DNA of 64,000 bases from the NCBI GenBank assembly GCA_951406725.2, contig OX597815.1, positions 175,026,001 through 175,090,000 of the forward strand, written 5' to 3'. Position 1 is the stretch's first letter. Each line of letters opens with the position of its first letter. The notes beneath the pieces were generated by a model. It was not told the DNA's origin. It was given only the letters and a program-made list of their open reading frames with translations, and made no database searches. Source of the stretch: Octopus vulgaris. Its lineage: Eukaryota. Shown here piece after piece: positions 62,001 through 64,000 of the stretch. The position numbers and the translations under genes were made by a program.

Positions 62001-63450
62001 TATATTTAAAATTCAAAATTGATCCTAACTGAGCCAACCTACTTTAAAACCCTAAATCAACCCTAACCTATATTTAAAAGCATTCTAACCATGACCATCT
62101 CAAATACTTTTCCTTTTAAGCAATATCTACCTTGAACTACATTATCGAATGTGTCCTTTTAAACAATGTAGTTTAAGGTAGATTTGGCTGCTATTTCTAG
62201 TTTGTTAAGCAGATCACAGAGAGGTTCTGTCATCTCACAGAGTTCTGCTAAATTATAGCAAGTTATATAAATTTATATATGGCAGTCATCATCATCATCA
62301 TCTGTCTGCTTTGTATACTGGTCTGGGTTGGTATTATAGTCCAGCTCAGTTCCTGTTTGGAGTTATTACCCTCTCACATGTGTCGGGGGTCTGTGTGTTG
62401 CATGTACCTTTCATTCTGGGAATATTTTTGTGGACGGTTTAGGATTAAAGAGATTGGGACTGGGTTGCTTCTTGTTTTTTGTCCTCTAAAAGAGTACAGC
62501 TAGTTGATTGGTTTCTAGTATGTTAGAGATAATTATCTTATTGTCTTTCCACATTGATGAATAATATGCAAAGTTAATCTCAAAAAGGTTAGGAATTCAA
62601 CTGAGAGCTGTGAAAGAAAGAGTAAAGTAACACCTTTCAGCTCTCTACCATCCACACCATTTCTACTTTATTTTTTAATGTGTGTGTGAATGTAAGATTA
62701 TTGCATATGAGAATAGGGGTGTTTTTATAATCCAATGCCCTAAGCCATCTTATTCTCTAACTCAACTATCTCTGTCCCTCTATCAGCTTCCAGCTGAGGG
62801 GTTTTTGTTTTGTAAGTTGCTTGGTGACCTTGTTGGTGCCACATAAAAAGCATCTTATACACTCTGTAAAGTGGTCAACAGGAGAAAGGGCATTCAGCTG
62901 TAGAAACCAAACCAAACCAGACAACTGTAGCCTTGTGTGGCTCCTGACCATGCCAGTTCCTGTCAAAGTGTCCAACCCATGCCAGCATGGAAAACAGACG
63001 TTAAATGATGATAATTTACATATCATCTTCATATTATTGCTGTAATAGTTTGAGCTTTCTCTCAATATTGATGTTTATACACACACAAAAACAAACACAA
63101 GATGTTGTTTGTTGATGCACAAAAGGACCTTTATATAGCTATTCAACCTGTTAGAAATAGCAATCAAATCCCTTCCAAAATCACATCTTTAATTATAGGT
63201 CTGCTCAAAGACATTCATGGATTGATAATCTTCCCATTTTAATTGCAATATAATAGCTTTTTCTTGTGAATTTCTTCAGTTATCACTTTTTTTTTTGTTG
63301 CTCTGTTTATGTTTCCTAGATGCAGATATGAACGTAATTTCTAAAGTCCTTGGTCTGTTATTGAAAATGTCAAAGGATGTACGGAACCCTGTTGGAATGT
63401 TAAAGAAAATATCAAGAGACCTCCATAGTAAGCTTGGAGACATTGACAAG
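4850..63450 (+). CDS. FANCI: FANCI, partial multi-exon CDS (22 exons, 978 codons; 5' and 3' ends outside window)
   Basis: Spliced translation has FANCI motifs [65 protein letters not shown] and LGDID. All introns are GT-AG and phases join without stops. Confidence 0.96.
5981..6585. mobile_element. Two RTE 3'-end copies in inverted orientation (about 5981-6405 minus; about 6407-6585 plus)
   Basis: About 170-bp arms are near reverse complements; (TA)n on both flanks. Confidence 0.88.
6713..7155 (-). mobile_element. RTE 3'-end copy with internal 62-63 bp tandem array
   Basis: (CAT)n tail and family core; unit TATGTGCCACCGACACAGGTGCCAGATGAGGCTGG at 6884, 6947 and 7009. Confidence 0.88.
7377..7763 (-). 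mobile_element. tRNA-derived SINE (major family, internal CA/TA microsatellite)
   Basis: Minus-strand head AGGAGTGGCTGTGTGGTAAG (A box) ... GGTTCAGTCCC (B box) ... CCTTGGGCAAGTG; near-identical copy at 26101-26505. Confidence 0.9.
8669..8797 (+). CDS. FANCI: FANCI window exon 2 (129 nt)
   Basis: tgcag|G...AG|gttag; [17 protein letters not shown]...[16 protein letters not shown]. Confidence 0.9.
10825..10990 (+). CDS. FANCI: FANCI window exon 3 (166 nt)
   Basis: ttcaag|A...AAA|gtgtg; [29 protein letters not shown]...[14 protein letters not shown]. Confidence 0.92.
11230..12396 (-). mobile_element. Decayed Tc1/mariner transposon, probably DD37D/maT type
   Basis: Minus-strand [14 protein letters not shown] (cf. 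PSSPDLNPLD) and C-terminal [20 protein letters not shown]; one TIR-like end TATAGGGTTGTTCAGATGAAATC. Confidence 0.7.
13290..14420 (+). mobile_element. Decayed mariner (DD34D) transposon; transposase pseudogene 13435-14409
   Basis: [39 protein letters not shown] and [12 protein letters not shown] motifs, with stops and frameshifts. Confidence 0.92.
14421..14715 (-). mobile_element. RTE 3'-end copy abutting the right end of the mariner
   Basis: (CAT)n tail and family core. Confidence 0.82.
14870..15204 (+). mobile_element. tRNA-derived SINE with 14-bp TSD
   Basis: TGGCTCAGTGG A box, GCTCGAATCC B box; TAGTTCACTGCATG at 14856-14869 and 15205-15218. Confidence 0.92.
16118..16200 (+). CDS. FANCI: FANCI window exon 4 (83 nt)
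   Basis: ttgttag|GGC...AT|gtgag; [27 protein letters not shown]. Confidence 0.92.
16225..16415 (+). repeat. Old interspersed repeat (core gatttgagggagatttgactgct); relatives near 21790-21935, 52310-52720, 62080-62230 and 63130-63200
   Basis: Same degenerate core on both strands at several sites; class not determinable. Confidence 0.6.
16710..16845 (+). CDS. FANCI: FANCI window exon 5 (136 nt; alternative in-frame start 16716)
   Basis: [31 protein letters not shown]|gtaag. Confidence 0.9.
17156..17248 (+). CDS. FANCI: FANCI window exon 6 (93 nt)
   Basis: tttcag|ATG...CAA|gtaag; [31 protein letters not shown]. Confidence 0.92.
17838..18203 (+). mobile_element. Non-autonomous Helentron (DINE-1/HINE-like)
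   Basis: 5' ACCTCCGCC with nearby inverted GGCAGAGGT, TTTG/TCTG microsatellite, and 3' subterminal GGCAGAGGT at 18171. Confidence 0.78.
18491..18973 (+). mobile_element. piggyBac-like internally deleted element
   Basis: TTAA|CCCTATCACA ... TCTGAGAGGG|TTGA termini; acidic [14 protein letters not shown] remnant inside. Confidence 0.65.
20006..20142 (+). CDS. FANCI: FANCI window exon 7 (137 nt)
   Basis: aacag|ATC...AG|gtaaa; [17 protein letters not shown]...FVLEVIENS. Confidence 0.92.
20340..21015 (-). mobile_element. RTE LINE RT C-terminal fragment with 96-bp internal duplication
   Basis: [27 protein letters not shown]; duplicated DMQR.ERNEASM. Confidence 0.85.
21981..22028. repeat. Perfect 20-bp tandem repeat (2.4 copies)
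   Basis: AAAATGACAAAATGTTCAAC x2 plus AAAATGAC. Confidence 0.9.
22303..22477 (+). CDS. FANCI: FANCI window exon 8 (175 nt)
   Basis: ttcag|C...AAG|gtaag; [25 protein letters not shown]...[14 protein letters not shown]. Confidence 0.95.
23015..24113 (+). mobile_element. Penelope-like element 3' part (GIY-YIG endonuclease remnant) with inverted 5' duplication
   Basis: [12 protein letters not shown]...[29 protein letters not shown]. 23138-23333 is the inverse of 23359-23545, and 23035-23137 is the inverse of 23963-24113. Confidence 0.88.
24024..24068 (+). ncRNA. Degenerate minimal type I hammerhead ribozyme motif (Penelope-associated)
   Basis: GACAC-CTAATGA-A-GGCTA-loop-CAGCT-GAAA-GTTGTT. The inverted copy (23082-23051) keeps CTGAAGA-A-GGCTG. 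Each copy is mutated, so probably inactive. Confidence 0.55.
24674..24764 (+). CDS. FANCI: FANCI window exon 9 (91 nt; alternative in-frame start 24680)
   Basis: [31 protein letters not shown]|gtata. Confidence 0.88.
24955..25255 (-). mobile_element. RTE 3'-end copy
   Basis: (CAT)n tail, family core and two ~60-bp units. Confidence 0.85.
26101..26505 (-). mobile_element. tRNA-derived SINE, same family as 7377-7763
   Basis: High identity to the 7377 copy; A and B boxes on the minus strand. Confidence 0.9.
28130..29875 (-). mobile_element. RTE LINE 3' half (RT domain), interrupted by a solo LTR
   Basis: Minus-strand [18 protein letters not shown] (YADD region), [19 protein letters not shown] and KTWN motifs. 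Confidence 0.87.
28422..29029. mobile_element. Probable solo LTR (608 bp) nested in the RTE
   Basis: TGTA...TACA ends; flanks AGGT/TGGT (4-bp TSD, 1 mismatch); RTE sequence is continuous across the insertion. Confidence 0.65.
30805..31000 (+). mobile_element. tRNA-derived SINE with Nin-like domain
   Basis: GGCGGTGAGCTGGCAGAA head, GTTCAAATTC B box, GTTGACTT.GCTTTCATTCTTTCAGGGTTGATAAAATAAGTACCAG core. Confidence 0.82.
31080..31281 (+). CDS. FANCI: FANCI window exon 10 (202 nt), contains the monoubiquitination lysine equivalent (AAA 31265-31267)
   Basis: tttcag|AT...AA|gtgag; [26 protein letters not shown], compared with recalled human LILVLRK523AMF. Confidence 0.95.
31361..31570 (-). mobile_element. 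Nin-like SINE, inverted relative to the 30805 copy
   Basis: Reverse complement reads GGGCAGTGAGCTGGCAGAATTGTTAGCATGCTGGGCAAAATGC...CAGGGTCGATAAAATGAGTACC. Confidence 0.82.
31780..32320 (-). mobile_element. Non-LTR retrotransposon 3' end with restriction-like endonuclease (R4/Dong-like), decayed
   Basis: Minus-strand [27 protein letters not shown] and VPVIIRALG; adjoins an (ATT)n tract. Confidence 0.75.
32737..33372 (-). mobile_element. 5'-truncated RTE LINE (ORF terminus plus 3' UTR with tandem units)
   Basis: [35 protein letters not shown] followed by the family UTR and GAT tail. Confidence 0.88.
33480..34002 (-). mobile_element. Non-autonomous Helitron-like element
   Basis: CTAG at 33480-33483 with adjacent hairpin TCCACA-CTCTA-TGTGGA (33491-33507); the other end is acggacacacagacaga...ttttattaatata. 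Confidence 0.65.
34150..34212. repeat. Compound microsatellite (TA)n(TACA)n(ATTT)n
   Basis: Directly visible. Confidence 0.9.
35352..35466 (+). CDS. FANCI: FANCI window exon 11 (115 nt), S/TQ cluster
   Basis: tttcag|A...CAA|gtaaa; [38 protein letters not shown]. Confidence 0.95.
37305..37433 (+). CDS. FANCI: FANCI window exon 12 (129 nt)
   Basis: tccag|CTT...TCA|gtaag; [43 protein letters not shown]. Confidence 0.95.
39653..39721 (+). CDS. FANCI: FANCI window exon 13 (69 nt)
   Basis: ttcag|GGT...CAG|gtatt; [23 protein letters not shown]. Confidence 0.9.
40330..41365 (-). mobile_element. Decayed RTE LINE RT fragment
   Basis: atcatcagcatagaac reads FYADD on the minus strand, with [17 protein letters not shown]; homologous to 29050-29875. 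Confidence 0.85.
41730..41872 (-). mobile_element. 5' part of major tRNA SINE
   Basis: aggcttctttcagtttcc...actacacagcc, homologous to 7610-7760. Confidence 0.78.
41902..42535 (+). mobile_element. Major tRNA SINE with nested MITE
   Basis: AGGAGTGACTGTGTGGTAAG...GGTTCAGTCCC head; tail ...aaatgactgaaacaactaaaaga. Confidence 0.85.
42075..42292. mobile_element. pogo/Tigger-like MITE
   Basis: CAGTGATCCC...GGGATTACTG|TA terminal inverted repeats, inserted in the SINE's microsatellite. Confidence 0.7.
42536..43340 (-). mobile_element. Truncated DD37D/maT-type transposon (transposase pseudogene)
   Basis: [39 protein letters not shown] and GSHIE* motifs. Confidence 0.85.
43345..45530 (-). mobile_element. 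Cluster of Helitron-like non-autonomous elements with direct and inverted duplications
   Basis: ccagcttaaggtgACCCactctacgcgcGGGT hairpin end at 44681; ...atatagagat end at 45530; 44360-44680 repeats at 45205-45530; 137-bp tandem duplication at 43480 and 43617. Confidence 0.6.
45806..45907 (+). CDS. FANCI: FANCI window exon 14 (102 nt)
   Basis: ctccag|ATC...CTG|gtaaa; [34 protein letters not shown]. Confidence 0.93.
47310..47695 (+). mobile_element. tRNA-derived SINE with 11-bp TSD
   Basis: TGGCCCAGTGG A box, GTTTCAATTCC B box; AAGTCACTGTC at 47299-47309 and 47696-47706. Confidence 0.9.
48670..49010. repeat. CT-rich low-complexity tract with about 136-bp internal duplication
   Basis: ttacattccccctacctcatgtcagggacg near 48810 recurs as ttacatcccctctaccttatgtgatggacg near 48946. 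Confidence 0.7.
49370..50170 (+). mobile_element. 5'-truncated RTE LINE (ORF terminus plus 3' UTR)
   Basis: [20 protein letters not shown]...[11 protein letters not shown], then tandem units, family core and GAT tail. Confidence 0.88.
50769..50993 (+). CDS. FANCI: FANCI window exon 15 (225 nt), acidic loop
   Basis: ttctag|GCT...CTG|gtaag; [10 protein letters not shown]...[21 protein letters not shown]...[12 protein letters not shown]. Confidence 0.94.
51081..51292 (+). mobile_element. Nin-like tRNA SINE
   Basis: Homologous to 30805-31000. Confidence 0.82.
51533..51654 (+). CDS. FANCI: FANCI window exon 16 (122 nt)
   Basis: ttccag|GAT...AG|gtatg; [35 protein letters not shown]. Confidence 0.94.
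53240..53720. mobile_element. Tail-to-tail pair of RTE 3'-end copies (plus about 53240-53480; minus about 53500-53720)
   Basis: Family core on opposite strands, tails about 20-30 nt apart. Confidence 0.8.
54133..54285 (+). CDS. FANCI: FANCI window exon 17 (153 nt, phase 2-2)
   Basis: tttcag|T...GA|gtgag; [22 protein letters not shown]...[16 protein letters not shown]. Confidence 0.92.
54657..54906 (+). mobile_element. Young 5'-truncated RTE 3' end with 7-bp TSD
   Basis: AAGCTTC at 54650-54656 and 54907-54913; (GAT)n tail. Confidence 0.85.
56697..56876 (+). CDS. FANCI: FANCI window exon 18 (180 nt)
   Basis: ttgcag|G...AG|gtatg; [29 protein letters not shown]. Confidence 0.92.
57307..57512 (-). 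mobile_element. Nin-like tRNA SINE
   Basis: Reverse complement homologous to 51081-51292. Confidence 0.8.
58731..58888 (+). CDS. FANCI: FANCI window exon 19 (158 nt)
   Basis: taatag|A...T|gtaag; LCLKHYQ...[17 protein letters not shown]. Confidence 0.88.
59000..59305 (+). mobile_element. LINE (RTE/RTEX-like) RT C-terminal remnant
   Basis: [28 protein letters not shown]...[10 protein letters not shown]. Confidence 0.75.
59365..59450 (+). CDS. FANCI: FANCI window exon 20 (86 nt)
   Basis: ttgcag|TA...CAG|gttgg; phase 1-0 fits both neighbours; KVNEATD...[10 protein letters not shown]. Confidence 0.82.
60174..60459. repeat. Long imperfect inverted repeat (about 130-bp arms, about 26-nt spacer)
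   Basis: 60174-60302 aligns almost without gaps to the reverse complement of 60329-60459. Confidence 0.9.
61721..61886 (+). CDS. FANCI: FANCI window exon 21 (166 nt)
   Basis: ctgtag|AGA...G|gtaag; [12 protein letters not shown]...LCEHLNP...ILHWIDEVA. Confidence 0.9.
62770..63012 (+). mobile_element. RTE-related GAT-tail family copy
   Basis: tccaacccatgccagcatggaaaacagacgttaaatgatg tail. Confidence 0.75.
63320..63450 (+). CDS. FANCI: FANCI window exon 22 (131 nt; alternative in-frame start 63326)
   Basis: [22 protein letters not shown]|gtatg, compared with recalled human [22 protein letters not shown]. Confidence 0.92.
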
Positions 63451-64000
63451 GTATGGTTAGCATAGAAATTCTTGTGTAACTCTGCTCAGTTTAACAGGAA
63501 CAGTATGTTTGAAAGAGTGTAGCAGAATGAAGCCAAGACAGGAAAAATTAATGGGATTGAAGGGAAAGAAGAGTGAATGGATAGATTCTGAAGAGAAGTG
63601 AGGAATTGTAGTGCGAGAGAGAGAGAGAGAGCATGTATGTAATAGTGAAATAGAAAATGGTTGAAGGTGATAGAATTTGACATAAACATGTGTTTGTGTG
63701 TATAGAGATTGAGCCAAATATAAGTTGAGAGAAAATCCATGAAGGATGGAGAGTCTCCATAGCCAAATTCTTCTATACTGAGATTAGCAATAACTGTGTG
63801 ACATTAGTAGTGGTCAGTGAAATTTTCATTGCAGTTGGAGACTGATCTCAAAATGCTGAACCTTACAAAGATGGTAGAGGACCACGATATGTGGTGCATT
63901 GCTGTACTGAAGAAGGACTGCCCACCACAACAGAATTGACATCCTAAAACTAAGGTGCCACATAAAAAGTATTGATGTGGGTGCTGGTGCCACATGAAAA

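Noticed and set aside
62290-62510. Possible second Penelope GIY-YIG remnant on the minus strand (ERYMQH, ELSWTII)
   Set aside because: Too degenerate to support without a database search.

Overview
AT-rich, repeat-dense animal genomic DNA. The SINE/LINE families and microsatellite style suggest a cephalopod, probably Octopus (inference). The whole window lies inside one + strand gene, FANCI (Fanconi anemia group I). I traced 22 consecutive GT-AG coding exons (4850-63450; 2934 nt, 978 codons, phases consistent, no stops), matching human FANCI at roughly residues 97-1062 by recalled sequence. The start and stop codons lie outside the window. The introns hold decayed mariner and DD37D/maT transposons, piggyBac and pogo MITEs, Helitron/Helentron-like elements, RTE and R4/Dong LINE pieces, a solo LTR and several tRNA-derived SINE families. 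Most notable: (1) a palindromic Penelope remnant carrying a tRNA-like head and a degenerate minimal hammerhead ribozyme; (2) an inverted SINE pair symmetrically enclosing the exon with the FANCI monoubiquitination lysine; (3) an altered ATR S/TQ cluster; (4) many long intronic inverted repeats that are candidate ADAR substrates. Nearly all ORFs in the supplied track are spurious or TE-derived. All human comparisons are from memory and need alignment.
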